Shown here: in pieces, positions 46,939 through 61,387 of the stretch
Layout: each line of letters opens with the position of its first letter
Numbering within the stretch: position 1 is the first letter of the stretch
Made by a program: the position numbers and the translations under genes
The notes under the pieces: model-generated
What the model saw: only the letters and a program-made list of their open reading frames with translations
What the model was told of the DNA's origin: nothing
Databases searched by the model: none
From: Octopus bimaculoides
Taxonomy: Eukaryota
Length of the DNA stretch: 64,000 nucleotides
Direction of reading: 5' to 3'
NCBI RefSeq assembly: GCF_001194135.2
Contig: NC_068982.1
Coordinates: 27,589,640-27,653,639, forward strand

Positions 46939-48339
46939 ATGAGGAAGAAAGAGGAAAATGTATTTATTTCTTATTTTCAAATGTCAATTTATTATTTCAT
47001 GTGTAGCTATACATGTGAAAACTTCAAGTAAACTTTTCAGAAGTTCAAGTAAGGGGGTATTTTACAGTATAGCTGCTGTTGTTTAACCCCAGGTCAGACC
47101 TGATTGAGTAGATGTGCAATCAAAAGCAGGTCAGTCATGACCATGTCCATTTTGTTTGTTTTTTCTTTAGGTATTGTGTTTACCTCAGACTACACTGTCT
47201 TGTGTGTTCTGATTTTTTAGACAGAAGGTAAAAATTTCATTGAAGTTTGGCCTCTGGTTGAATTGCCTATGTAGAGCAGAGGCTCTCAACCTTTTTAATA
47301 CCTGGGCCAGATCCAGAACCTGGTTACTCTTTAGGGGGCTGCACCAAAAAAAATAATAAAAAACAGAAGTCAATGTTAGACACCTAACATTAACACTTTT
47401 GATACCAACCTGCCTTATGCTGCCCTTGGTTCTATGACACAAACTTTCTGCTTTTAAAGTGATCTAAATTAAGACCTTTCATCAAAATTTCTTGCTAATT
47501 TATGTTCCAAACACCAGCTTAATAATGGCAACTAAATTCTTCATTATTTTCAAAACTAATTGAAAGAAAGGTAATCTATTTGAACAGAAATATGATAACA
47601 AAAATAATAAAAAGTTATTGTCGGCCAATAATCTGTTATCTTAATATGTAAATGTTAGTTATATATGTATTTTCTAATTTGGTATTTAATTAGCAATATA
47701 GTGAATAGGTGTGTTCTGTTATCTGGATAATGACGTTTTNNNNNNNNNNNNNNNNNNNNNNNNNNNNNNNNNNNNNNNNNNNNNNNNNNNNNNNNNNNNN
47801 NNNNNNNNNNNNNNNNNNNNNNNNNNNNNNNNNNNNNNNNNNNNNNNNNNNNNNNNNNNNNNNNNNNNNNNNNNNNNNNNNNNNNNNNNNNNNNNNNNNN
47901 NNNNNNNNNNNNNNNNNNNNNNNNNNNNNNNNNNNNNNNNNNNNNNNNNNNNNNNNNNNNNNNNNNNNNNNNNNNNNNNNNNNNNNNNNNNNNNNNNNNN
48001 NNNNNNNNNNNNNNNNNNNNNNNNNNNNNNNNNNNNNNNNNNNNNNNNNNNNNNNNNNNNNNNNNNNNNNNNNNNNNNNNNNNNNNNNNNNNNNNNNNNN
48101 NNNNNNNNNNNNNNNNNNNNNNNNNNNNNNNNNNNNNNNNNNNNNNNNNNNNNNNNNNNNNNNNNNNNNNNNNNNNNNNNNNNNNNNNNNNNNNNNNNNN
48201 NNNNNNNNNNNNNNNNNNNNNNNNNNNNNNNNNNNNNNNNNNNNNNNNNNNNNNNNNNNNNNNNNNNNNNNNNNNNNNNNNNNNNNNNNNNNNNNNNNNN
48301 NNNNNNNNNNNNNNNNNNNNNNNNNNNNNNNNNNNNNNG

Positions 48340-48680
48340 CTGGTATGGGTTGGCCGATTTGACTGAGGAATGGCGAACCAAATGGCTGCACCAGGCTCCA
48401 ATCTGATCTGGCAGAGTTTCTACAGTTGGATACCCTTCCTAATGCCAACCACTCCGAGAGTGTAGTGGGTGCTTTTACGTGCCACCGGCACGAGGGCCAG
48501 TCACACAGTACTGGCAACGGCCACGCTCAAAAAGGTGCTTTTTACATGCCACCTGCACAGGAGCCAGTCCAGCAGCACTGGCAACGACCTCGCTCGAATA
48601 ATTTTCTAACGTGCCACTGGCACAAGTACCAGTAAGGCGACGCTGGTAACGATCACACACAAATGGTGCTAGTGGCACGT
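48340..48680 (-). mobile_element. RTE-family 3'UTR element abutting N-gap 47740-48338
   Basis: Same family, includes tandem GTGCCAC units. Confidence 0.75.
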
Positions 48681-49543
48681 AAATAGCACATATGGAGTGT
48701 ATGAAAGCTGTGAACTCTGTGAGCTTGTAAATGAATGTGTTCATGGTACGTCTTCACATATCTGTATAGTGTGGATTCTATAAGAGATTAAGCATTTATT
48801 TCTTTATATATTTATCTATTTATTTTATGTATATAGTATCTTTGTCTTTTTGAAGGAAGTACTTGTGTGAGGGTGTGCATCAGTGTGCATGTATAGGCAA
48901 GTCCAGTGGCTTTTTTTTTATTTTTGAGGATGGTACAAATCAGATTACAAATTAATGACACTTCATTTTTCATTCCAACAACTCAAAGAAATAAGAAATA
49001 CAGCTTTTTAGAACTAATGAGGACTAATACCTTGCTCACACATGCAAAGCATATAATCCTGCACAAAACAAACAGATGTATGTTTATTAATCTTACTTTC
49101 ATACCATATGTAACCAACTTAAAAGTCTACAATTTTTTTCCTTCTGGTGTGGCAATGGTAAGTGTTTGTGTCTTTCATGAATTATGATTGTTAACAGAAA
49201 CTAAGTGGTTAATTAAATTCCAGCATCATTACATTAGCGGTACAGAATATCTGGAGTCTTCTAAAAAGCTGTCACCCTTTTTTGTCTTGGGATGATCTGT
49301 CTTACACAAGTAGATTTATATACAGGTATAACAGAGTTGGACATGTCATGCACTGGAAGTTATGCCAGACTAATGGACTTCCAACAAATATGGAAACAGT
49401 TAATTTCAGAAAAAAAGTTTGGAAATAGTGTGAAAGGGAGGATTTGCAGGTTGTCACCAGAAGATTTAAAGAGACAAATTGCCATTATATTACTCTCAAG
49501 GATCACCATGCAAAGAAAAAGAAATAATTAATCTATAAATATA

Positions 49544-49705
49544 GGCGCAGGAGTGGCTGTGTGGTAAGTGGCTTGCTTACCAACCACATGGTTCCGGGTT
49601 CAGTCCCACTACGTGGCATCTTGGGCAAATGTCTTCTACTATAGCCTCGGGCCGACCAAAGCCTTGTGAGTGGATTTGGTAGACGGAAACTGAAAGAAGC
49701 TCGTC

Positions 49706-49773
<68 letters not shown>

Positions 49774-49950
49774 ATTTGTGTGTATTTGTGTGTCTGTGTT
49801 TGTCCTCCTAGCATTGCTTGACAAACAATGCTGGTGTGTTTATGTCCCTGTCACTAGGCTTACAAAGAATAAGTCCCGGGGTCGATTTGCTCGACTAAAG
49901 GTGGTGTTCCAGCATGGCCGCAGTTAAATGACTGAAACAAGTAAAAGAGT
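49544..49950 (+). mobile_element. tRNA-headed SINE, family B, with internal (TA)n/(TG)n
   Basis: GGCGCAGGAGTGGCTGTGTGG head, GGGTTCAGTCCC B box, CORE-like CTTGGGCAA(G/A)TG, tail GTAAAAGAG; copies at 3714-4151(-), 35183-35600(-), 42008-42430, 59455-59900 and 5278-5527(-). Confidence 0.85.
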
Positions 49951-49959
49951 ATATGTCAG

Positions 49960-51100
49960 GCAATATGGGGAGATGTTATCCTCAATGAGTGGAGGAACAG
50001 TATCATCATCAACAGTTACAAAAGTGAAGGATAGGCTTTACAAAGAACTAACTACAGGGACATCAAATTGATGAAAGCAGCAGAAAAAAATTACAGCAAA
50101 GTTAATTAGGAAGAGAATGAGCTTCATTAAGATGTAGGATGAGGTAGCACCAATGCTAAAAGAGACTTGTTAGTGAAGAGCAAGCCACAATATTTGACAG
50201 TTACTGACCTAGTGAAAGCCTCTAACAGGGTACCGCATTTTGTAGTCTGGTAATCATAAAAAAAAAAAACTACACATAGATGAAAGATGAGAGAGAGCTA
50301 TATAAGCTGTGTACAGAGATTTTGTTAGGAAAATGAAAGTTAGCATTTAGTTCAACACTGGTAAGTGTCCATCAAGTCTCAGTTCTCAACCCCCTCCTTT
50401 TTTATTATAGTTCTGAAGGCCATAGCAGGAATTTAAGTTTGGTTGGCTGTAACTTAAATCTCAAAGCTGAATTTGTTGAATAATTAGCAAGGAAATTCCA
50501 AATGTAGAAGTAAAGCCTAAAATTGAGGCGTGAAAAGAAAAAAGAAGTAGCTATGTTAATAAATTTTGGTTAACTGGGAAGATAACAGGAGCCTAATGCA
50601 ATCTGAGAAAGGGCAAAGCTTGATATGCAGAAAGGAAATACCCAGTATAAACTAAGGATGTACTAGAGATGCAATGAGCAAGCGTGAAGATAAGGCAAAC
50701 TTCATACATAGCAAATGCATAGTAGTTAACAGAACACTCATTAAATTAGTTAATTTAAATGCTCAGAAGGCTACATTGAAGCTGTTACTGTTTCTTGAGT
50801 AAGTAATGGAGGCTGGTGTTCTGAGACCATAGTAGTGAGAGTAAGAACAAAATAGAAAAGGATCAGAATGCTATTACCTTTGCTGGTAACAAAGGGAATC
50901 TTTTTCCAGCTGAAGAACAGGTTGTATGATTTCTGTGTATAAAGTGTGATTTTGCATGAGAGCAAGACATGGCAATGAAATGTAATGAATATACTCTGCT
51001 GGATGTGTAACACCATTGTGAATAAAGGCCAGAGTACAAAAGATTTGAGAGAAAAAACTGAGTATAAGAAAAAGCAGTTGTAGTATACAAGAGAGGAAAA
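49960..51100 (+). mobile_element. Highly decayed RTE RT remnant
   Basis: DLVKASNRVP, FIIVLKAI.EFK and RMLLPLLVTKG-like motifs. Confidence 0.55.
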
Positions 51101-52734
51101 GTGCCAAATGATCCAAATGGAAGGAACCTGCAGAAAAGATCAGTTTTGGATATTCTATTCTGTTTAGAGTACATTATTTTTCACTTCATAGAATTTAGAT
51201 CTATGTGATACAATTCACCCTCCCGCACTCTCTCTCTTTCATATATATATATATATATATGTACAAATGGGCATAAAATTATGATGATATTTATATAAGA
51301 CAAAAATGAAGTTAATACTCTCACCTTTAGAGTTAAAAAACGTTTGCATGCTGTATTACATTTCTATTTGTTTTGTCTCTATTGGTCTTCAGGTATCTTA
51401 TTCCTGAACTTGTGCATAGGACTGTATTGGATGTACAAGTTGCGTCAGTGGCCAAGTTCATAAAATCATTGTTTACTCTACGTTTAATCCAGGTTGCTGC
51501 TATGTACATACTTGGAAACAAGACATCTAATGAGAATCAGAAATCAAACCATAGTGTAAATGATGATGATGAGGAGGAAGAGGAGGATGACGACAATGAT
51601 GATGACAACAACCACTACCTCCATTATTGTCATCCTCATTGGTAGCAGCAGCCTGTCTGCTTTTCCATGCTGTTCATCGGCTGAACAGGTCTTACAGAAT
51701 CATCGCTCATGATCTTCTGCATCTAATGAACATAGCAATAGAGAAAACTGACAACTTTATATCTCACAGCACATATCACTGGCTGTATTTTATCATGTCA
51801 TCAACATTGAAGAGTTTGTCTTATGCTCTGTATCGGTTTATATCTGAAGCTGCTGCACTCTCAAGACTGGTAACCTATACTGCAGCTCATGAAATCTGTA
51901 ACATAGATGTTAACAACTGTAGCTGTGTGGTAAAGGAGTTTGTTTCTCAACCATATAAGTTTCAAGTTCAATCCTACTGTGTAGCACCTTGAGCAAGTGT
52001 CTTCTACTGTAGCCCTGGGTCAACCAAAGGCTTGTGAGTGGATTGCCAGTCCTTAGTCAAATTTGCCAGTCTTCAGTAAAATTTGCCAGTCCTCAGTCAA
52101 ATTGCCAGTCCTCTGTCAAATCGTCCAACCCATGCTAGCATGGAAAGCAGACGGAAACTGAAAGAAGTCCATCATGTGTGTGTCTTTGCCTTAACATCAC
52201 ATGATATTTGTAAACAAATGTTACCAACATGCAAGCGGTATCTTCTGTGAAAATATGTCCGGTCATTGGGAAGTATTACCTTACTTGAAAACAGATGAGG
52301 GTTAGCAACTGGAAGGGCATACAGTTGTAGGAGACCTGCTGTAACAAATTCTTTTCGATGCTTGTGAACATGGAAAAGTGGATATGGGAATAATGATGAA
52401 TTATGATATTATATCAGTAGTGGTGATGTTAATTGTCTAAAAAAAGTGTAATTTCATTAACAATCAATCAATCCATCTTAGATATTTAGACACACTCACA
52501 TGCAAACAACAATATATTTCTAGAAGGATGGAGAAATTACCTGAATGTAAATGCCTGCGACTAGATAAATATAATGTAGAATTTGAAGACAGAACCAACC
52601 CCCAAAATAGGTCTACTAAGTGCAATAAGAAACATAAAAATAACATTTACGGAGAGTACTGCATAAGTATTGTGTAGAGTACACAATACTTCCAATCTAC
52701 TGCCTAATAATAATAATAACAATAATTACAATAA

Positions 52735-53370
52735 TAGTTGTTTCTAATTTAAGCACAAGGCCAGCAATTTTGAGGAAGTGGGTCAGTCAATTATGTCAAC
52801 CCCAGAATGTTACTATATTTTATTGACCTTCAAGGGACGACAAGTAAAAATTATCCTTGATTGGGCTTGAAACTAGTACATAAAGAGCTGCTATACTATG
52901 AGTCATTTTGTCTGACACTCTAATGATTCTGCCTAATAATAATAATAATAATAATCTTTTCTACTAAAAGCACAAGGCCTGAAATTTTGGGGGAGGTGGC
53001 TACTCGATTGTATCAATCCCAGTGCTGAATTGGTACTTATTTTATTGACCCTGGAAGGTTGAAAGGCAAAGTCAACTTTAGTGGAATTTGAACTCTGAAC
53101 TAGAGATAGACAAAATGCCACTAAACATTTTGTCCAGCATGCTAACAATTCTGCCAATCCTTTCTATCATAAGCACAAGGCCTGAAATTTTGTGGGGAAG
53201 GGAGCTAGTCAATTATATTGACCCCAATGTGAACTGGTGCTTATTTTATCAATCCTGAAGGGATGAAAGGCAAGTCAACCTCAGTGGAATTTGAACCCAG
53301 AACATAAAGATGCAGAATAAATGCCATGAAGCATTTTGTCTGGTGTGCTAACTATTCTGCCAGCTCACGA
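52735..53370 (-). mobile_element. Three tandem family A SINE copies
   Basis: Three successive GCACAAGGCC...GAAAGG...GAATTTGAAC...TTCTGCC units in the same orientation. Confidence 0.8.
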
Positions 53371-53517
53371 CTTTTATAATAATAATAATTATAATAAACC
53401 AGTCTAAATGTTTATCTGTGACAAAGATTGGATTTGTTCCATTTTGCCTTTTTTTTCCTCTCTTTTAAATACTTTCTTACACACATTTAACCTTATAACA
53501 TTTACATTTCCTCACAG

Positions 53518-53564
53518 GGTCACCAAGGCTGTGTGAATTGTTTAGAATGGAATGATAAAGGAAC
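53518..53564 (+). CDS. WDTC1: WDTC1 coding exon (GHQGCVNCLEWNDKGT)
   Basis: tcacag/gtgagt; 47 nt; matches GHSGCVNCLEWNEKG. Confidence 0.96.
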
Positions 53565-56500
53565 GTGAGTAATCTAAACTGTAATTTATGTTCTGTCTTT
53601 ACATTTTCTGTTCATTGTCTCGCTGGTGATATTTTTGACCAACTGGCATTGCATATACACCATTAAATGAAAGCAAATATTTTGTTTCTTTTTTCAATTT
53701 AAATATTCTCATTTGCAAGAATTTGATCCTGGAACTACAAACCACCAAAATGGATATCAATTTATTGTTAGTTTAGTGGTCTATCTTTACTTTTTTTGTA
53801 TCTTTCTTTTTTTTCTTTGTCTCATCTAATTGTAACTATAAATGTTCTATTCCTTGTCCAAATCATAGTACAGCACATGACATTTTACATGAAAAAAAAA
53901 CTGACATTTTATCTACTTATCTATTGTGACTCCATTTTAATGTTAAAACTTAAATTAGAAATGTTTTTAAAAAATGTAATTAAAGTATACACTATAAAAT
54001 TTTCTAAGTGAAGGTTCTCTTAGATATATTAATATCACGGTTTAAAAGTAGAGGAAGGGTAAAAACCTATAAAACTTGGATGATAGTATTATATTGTGAT
54101 CTTATGTAAGGTATAATGGTTTAAATGTCCCCGTAAACTTAATGGAAAAATCCCGAAATACATAACATTTCTCTTTACTGGTTAGGTATTTTGTGCTAAG
54201 AAGGGTAGCCAATTCTGAACTTAAGATTCACATAAATATCTAAATTTACAAACGTATCAACCTATGATATCTTAGAAAATAAATGTATATGTGAAGCTCA
54301 TATACTAAATTGTTATCATCATTATCATTGCTGGTGTGGACAACCCTAGCTAGTTGTCCACACTAGCAAGGGTTAGATGGTTTGACCAGAGCTGGCAAGC
54401 TGAAAAAGCTGCACCAGACTCCAGTCTGAATTTGGCATGGTTCCTACAGTTGGATGACCTTCCTATTGCCAACAGAGTGTGTGGGTGCTTTTACGTGGCA
54501 CTAGATATTGTAAGGTCTTTTTTTTTCCTTTCTTAATTTAGATTTATGCTATGGTCATAGTCAACTACTTAGGAAAATTATTCAAATATCCCAAAAATTA
54601 TGTAGACCACTTTTTCTTGATTCATATTGATATCTAAATTCAGATTACTTCTGTTGATTTTATATATTCTGTAATCTTTCTGAGTAAATAAGGTTTTTTC
54701 ATAGCTTATAGTGTCTACCTCCATTTTTGGATACATAACAAACTGAGCAAATCTTTAAAAGAATTTTATGTTGTTACTATAAACAAATCAGATGCTCATT
54801 ATTTTGATGAATATTCAATGTGTACAAGAAAATCATCACTTCTTTAATTTGGCTGAGAAGACATTGATTGAACAGTTAAGTACCGTATCTATGAGCGTAA
54901 CTTAGCAGCATAAATTTCAAATTTGAAGTCTGCACTCCTAATCACCATTCAGTTCATTTAGAAGTACTTTGATAAATTATTAAAAAGTTTAAAATTTTTT
55001 CTTATGTCTTTTACCTTTAAAGTTAAGGAAACTAGCATTAAGACCTACTTTCATGATCACTGTATTATAGCTTTGATGATGTAGTCTCACAATCAGTGAG
55101 CCTGGAGACTTCTAGATTTGCTATAAAATCACAGCTTTGAAATTGAAGCAATTGCTGCATGTTGCAAACTACATTTATTACTATGGACCATGTTCATCCT
55201 GAAATCTGCAATCAAAATAAAGGATATTTATTTCTTACTTATACACAAGGCCACAAATTCATAAAATGGGTGGTTATAATATTTGTACCTTTTGGCATAG
55301 GGGAAACAGAAAGACTTCAACTGGGAAAAAGTTGTTTGCAGGTTTGACAGTGAGTATAGTTGGTTGAATGTATCCTCATTATGTGTATTAAGGTTACTTT
55401 ATCAACACCAGCAGGATGATAAAAAAAATTGTCAGCCTTGACAAGCTTAGAACATTATAAAACAATCAGTGAAACTCTCTACATTTTCTGTCAATTGCTC
55501 TGATTAATATATAGTATTAACTGAAAGTTTATTAAATGTATATAGAATCAAATTTTATTGTTATTTCTCATATGTAAGTAAATGTGTGTTGAAATATTTT
55601 GCTCTCCCAGAATGAATGTACATTAGAATTTTCCAGTTCTTCCATCTCCTATAAGCTTAAAATATAGACATAAATGATAAGTGAATCATCAGTGCTTAGT
55701 CTTGAACTGAAACTTGTTGCAATTATGCTTTTGAGTAGTATGTTCAATTTTACAAGCTTTGACTCATCTTTCTTGAATAAGTACAGGATCTTGAAATGCT
55801 ACAAATGATAGGCAAGTGTTTTGTTTATTTATTTATTTTCGGAAGGAAAGATTTTTTTCCTTATTCATGGTATGAAGCAAGTGTTATGTCAAGCCACTTT
55901 GGTATACTTGCATTTCATTTATAACTCTAATCCTGTGTATTAATAAATCATGGCTATTTTCCATTACAATCTACTGTTTAAATCTGGGATAAGTAGTTTG
56001 AAATTTAGAAATTAAAATGCGTGCTGGCTTGCTACAGTAGGTTCTGTTGGACCTTGTGGTAAGTGACCAATTGAAGCACTTTGTATTAAATTGATGTATT
56101 TTTTCTCTCCCCGCTCCCTGTTTTTCTTGTTTTTCTTTTGTAAAATATATTCCTGTTCATATTTTGGATAAAACATATATATCTAAAAAGAATTACTTTT
56201 GATGTTGGCAAAATTCCCTTGGGTAGTACACTACATTTCAATGAAATATAACAATGTCTAGTCTTTAAAGACTCTAGATTCTTTTGACTTATTAAATTAC
56301 AGGCTTCTGATATTCAATTTTTTGTATTATTAAGTATCAGAAAGTGAGTGGGTAGGAGAAACTCCTATATAAAAATGTATGCCCTCCTAAACTGGGGATA
56401 GAGACCCCTTGGCTAAAAATAATATAGTTAAGATTCAGATTGGACACTAACAATGTACATATTGGAAACAAGACATGAAACAAGAAAGAGTTCTATAGAA

Positions 56501-57352
56501 ATGCATTTCAAGAAAAAGTGTTAGTGAATGCACCCAGTAACCACAATGTAATTACATAACTTATCTTCCTGTCATCTTCATCTTTTTATCAAAAAGTATC
56601 AAAACAAAAATAATAAAGAAATGTTCATAATTTTTTAATCAAAATAGTTAGCAGTAAGCACACCCTTGAGATAAGGTCCATCATCTGTTCAGATGCTTAC
56701 TTGTTAGAGGTAGTGTAATTTTTTTTTTTTTTTTGTTACATGGATAACCTTATTTGTAATGAGAATGCTTGTAGTAAAGATAATGGTTGTAGTAAATGTA
56801 TAGTAGATCGAGCAAGAAAGAAGGTGAGGAAGAACCTTTAGCTCTGTTGACAGTGGAGGTTTCTCTTTCACCGTAAACTGCATGAAGTCTGATGCTGTTT
56901 GAATGTAAGACATGGATACTGAGTGTAGCAAAAAGATATCTGAAGAGATATGAGATATTAGGTATGTAATATTAACTTGCTGTAAATGAGGAGCATAAAT
57001 GCTCGGAGTAGCTGAGCAATAAAGCATCAACTGATATGTGGAAGGAAAGATAACTCTGTGGTTATATGAATATGTGATGTGAATGGAGGGTGAGTACAGT
57101 GTACTGATGATGGTGAGTATCTGTAGCTCGGGACAACACAAGGTTGATAGTGTGGTCAGCTCTCAGAATGATGACGATTACAAAAATAATGATGCAGGAT
57201 TGAGATGTGTGGTGATGTGCCATTCTGCTGACCCATTCAACCCATGCCAGTCTGTGGAGGATAAGCACTGTAATCAATGACGATTCTGTTTTTTGCATAA
57301 TCTATATGATGTCATAATTTCTTTAATGTTTGAGATGGTTCTTCTGGTTTAG

Positions 57353-57464
57353 GTTATTGGCAAGTGGATCTGATGATGTTCAAATTATTGTGTGGAATCC
57401 ATTCCGTCATAAGCGCTTAACCACAATCAGGACAGGACATCAAGGGAATATATTTTCTTTGAAG
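57353..57464 (+). CDS. WDTC1: WDTC1 coding exon (LLASGSDDVQIIVWNPFRHKRLTTIRTGHQGNIFSLK)
   Basis: gtttag/gtattt; 112 nt; matches LLASGSDDQHTIVWDP...TGHTANIFSVK. Confidence 0.97.
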
Positions 57465-57658
57465 GTATTTTATATTTTCATTTGACTTCAATGGATGTTT
57501 TCATGATATTGTCTGTTGTAGCATTGGTTGAAGTGAAGGTGTTGATGGTGATAGTGGTGGTGTTGGTAGTGGTGGCAGTGACAAGATTTGGCAGAAGTAG
57601 TGGCAGCTGCTGTGGTAAAATTACCATTGTTATTGTTTAGCCTCAATCAAGTAGTTCT

Positions 57659-57891
57659 TATTTCTTTATTGCCCACAAGGAGCTAAACATAGAAGGGACA
57701 AACAAGGACAGACAAAGGGGTCAAGTCGATTACATCAACCCCAGTGCGTAACTGGTACTTAATTTATCGACCCTGAAAGGATGAAAGGCAAAGTCGACCT
57801 CAGCGGAATTTGAACTCAGAACGTAACGGCAGACGAAATACCGTTAAGCATTTTGCCCAGCAAGCTAACGTTTCTGCCAGCTCACCGCCTT
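57659..57891 (-). mobile_element. tRNA-headed SINE, family A, full length, 16-bp TSD
   Basis: A box TGGCAGAAACG, B box GAGTTCAAATTC, core CCTTTCATCCTTTCAGGGTCGATAAATTAAGTACCAG; TSD TCAATCAAGTAGTTCT at 57643-57658 and 57892-57907. Confidence 0.9.
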
Positions 57892-60204
57892 TCAATCAAG
57901 TAGTTCTATGTTTAGAGACATCCCAGTCTTGACCATCTTGTCTTTTTCTATATTCAGATTATATTTGCTCTGCATTTTTCTTTAAGATGCTTTTGTATGA
58001 TCTAGTTGCTGTCTCTAGCAGGTCATGGATTCTCCCTTGTTGATTATTCCCAAACACATTCTGGCCACGACTATCCTGTTTTAATTTCAGGAATAATGTG
58101 CCCTGGATTACATTATTCAATGTATCCATTTTTAAAGATGGCAGTGTGTGGCTTGAAAGAGATTTGGCTGCTATTATTAGCAGCTTGATAAAACATATAA
58201 AAGTGTTGGTGGTAGTGCTGGTGGAGGTAGTGGTGCTGTGATATCTGTCTCAGTTATAGTAACAATAGGAGTGGTTATTATGACAAAGACCTAATTTTGA
58301 TTGTCCGTTTAATGAATCTCCTCTTTGAAAACCACTGCATCAATTTCATTCTGTTGAACTGTTCTAACGGTTGTTATCAGAAGAGCAATTATTGTTATGG
58401 TTTAACCCCAAATCAATCATGATGAAGCAGACATATGATCAAAAGCAATTTCAGCTGTGACCATTATTGTCTTTTTAGGGGTATCAAGAGCAATATGATC
58501 TAATTTGTCCATTATTTTTGAAAAATGGAAAGCTGTTTTTCAAAGTGGGATATGGCTGCTATTTCTAGTTGGCCAAGTAACTGCATAGGGACTTCTCCAT
58601 TGGCTGATGGTAACAATAGTGAAAATGGTAGGCAGCAACAGTAACAATGGTTTTATATTTAAAGTTGGTGACTACAATAAAAAAAAAACACTGCATTTGG
58701 TATTGTCTGTATTTTTATAAATGTTATTATCTACTAACTAATGCAGTTACTATATTTATATTACGAATACAAAAGCATCCACCCACTACCACACAGGATT
58801 TTGATACCGTACTTGCTATGGATACAACCATGGATGCTTGGTTAAGAAGCTTGCTTCGCAACCTCAAGGTTCAAGGCCTGATATTACTGAGTGATACTTT
58901 GGGAAAGTGTTCTCTGTCATAGCCTCAGGTTGACCGAAACCTTTTCAGTAAAATTTGATTGTCAGTGACTCTTTGGAAGCTCATTGGCCCTTTGGCTAAG
59001 ACCTAAGTGTTGTATTTCTATACATGCGTGTGTGTATGAGATGGAAAGGATCAGTTTGTCAAACAAAAATACCTAGCAGTATTCTGTTTTGCTCCTTTGC
59101 ACCCAGGTCAGCTTTACCTTTCTTCTTTTACTAGGTTAATAAAATAAGTGACAGACAAAGTAAAGGGAGTTGGGGAAGTGATATAAGTATATAAGGCATG
59201 CCCCATCATGACTGCAGTCCAGTTACTGAAACAAGTAAATAAAATAATAAGATAATATCTAGTAAGTAATGGGCTTCATTGAGCACTGACAATAGTATGT
59301 TTTTCCAGCTTCTATAAATGAAGCATACCAGGCATATTTTAGAAGTATCTCTCCAAATCAATAACTCCAATAGATATTTTGTAAAAAAAAAAGTCTGTGT
59401 CTTGAGCTGACAATCTCATTATAGTGCAGCTCATTCCAGCTTCCAAGATATTTTCGAACAACAATATATGTATGGTTAGGAAACTCACTTTGCAACTGTG
59501 TGGTTTTCAGTTTAGTCCCACTGCATGGCACCTTGACCAAGTGTCTTCTACTATAGATCTGTGTTGATCAATACCTTGTGAGTAGATTTGGTACATGCAA
59601 ACTGTGTGGAAGCCCATCGTGTGTGTGAGTGTGAATGATTACATGTTTATGTTTTTGTGTCTGTGTTTATCAAATACATGCACGCACCCACACGCCCACC
59701 ACTTGAGTTGACAACCAGTGCTGGTTTGTTTACATCTTCGTAACTTAGTGGTTTGACCCAAGAGACTGATAGAACAAGTATTAGCATTATTAAAAAAAAA
59801 AACTTAAGTATTAGGGGTGATTTGTTTGACTAAATCCCTTCAAAGTGTTGTCCCACATGGCTGCAGTCTAATGATTGAAACAAGTAAAAGATAAAAGAGA
59901 ACTAAAAGTATAAGACTTATCATTGAACAGGAGATCAATCCCTCACACAGTTAACTTCAGCTTCCACTGGTTCTCATTTTTAGCTAAGTGTGCTGGAGCA
60001 ATGTGAAATTAATTACCTTACTTGAGAACACATGTTACCCCATCTGTGAATTGGATCCACTAACAATTGTAAGGCAATACTTTGCCACACTCTTTTACTA
60101 GCTATTAACCAAAGTTAGCATAAATGATTTCCATCTTTTATGTATTATTGATTAACAAGATTCAATAATATATGATCGGTTCAGTCTTTATAGAATGAAA
60201 CACC

Positions 60205-60448
60205 ATCATTATCATAGTTTAACGTCCACTTTCCATGCTAGCATGGGTTGGACGGTTTGACTGAGGGCTGGCAAGCCAGAAGGCTGCACCAGGCTCCAAT
60301 CCGATCTGGCAAAGTTTCTACAGCTGGATGCCCTTCCTAATGCCAATCACTCGAAGAGTGTAGTGGGTGCTTTTTACATGCCACTGGCACAAGGGCCAGT
60401 TAGGCAGTACTGGCATCGACCACGCTTGAATGGTGCTTTTTACATGCC
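60205..60448 (-). mobile_element. RTE-family 3'UTR element
   Basis: Same family. Confidence 0.75.
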
Positions 60449-61344
60449 CTTCATATAATGTTGAAAATCAAGCCAGTGGTCAGTTTTTCTTCAAGTGCAG
60501 AATCTAATGTTGGGAAATGTATTTTGTTTCATCACTATGAAAGAAATTATCTCTGGTGATATGTCTAGAAACTGAGGTTGGAGGTAAGCAAGGGCATGTT
60601 CCCCATAGAAAATCCAGCTCCAAAAAAGCCTCATGATAGCAAGGGAGAATGGGCACCAGCTAGCCCAAAGGTTGGGGTAGGCTGCTCCTACCTGCCTCAG
60701 TTACTATGACATTGAGGTAGATCCAACCACCCCTGTTAATGGGGACAAAACCCAGATTTAAAACACTGGATGATGATGGTATGTATAAGATCTCCATTGG
60801 TCAAAATTTTTAAAATGCAGTTGAACATTGTTTTACTTCAGCAACAACCTATTTACTTTTACATGAGCTTGACTAGTAAGCATTAAATGGTTTTAGCATA
60901 ATAATGCAATGCTGTTGATGGGATAGTAAACTGATTCTATTCACTACATTGTTTAACATCTGCTTTCTGTGCTGGCATGAGTTGGACAGTTTGACATGGA
61001 GCTGGCCAGACTCCAAATTGTCTGTTGTGGCATGGTTTCTATGGTTAGATGCCCTTCCTAACGTCTATCACTTAACAGAGCATGCTAGGTGCATTTCATG
61101 TACCACCAGCACAGATACATTAACACAGCACTGGCACAGGTGCATTTATGCAGCACCAGCATGGGTTCTTTTTATGTGGCACCATCACTGACACCTGAAA
61201 GGACAAGCCTGTATGTATGTATGGAAGACCGATATTTTCTTAGCCTGATGCATCCTATCACGTACAGCAAATCGCCTCATTTGCTCCCTTATCATTTCAC
61301 TACAGTTATATCATTTTCTCCTGGATAATCTGAATGGCTTGCGC

Positions 61345-61387
<43 letters not shown>

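Noticed and set aside
47722-47739. GACGTTTT next to a gap, resembling the 3' half of a minus-strand hammerhead
   Set aside because: The rest would lie in the N-gap and cannot be evaluated.
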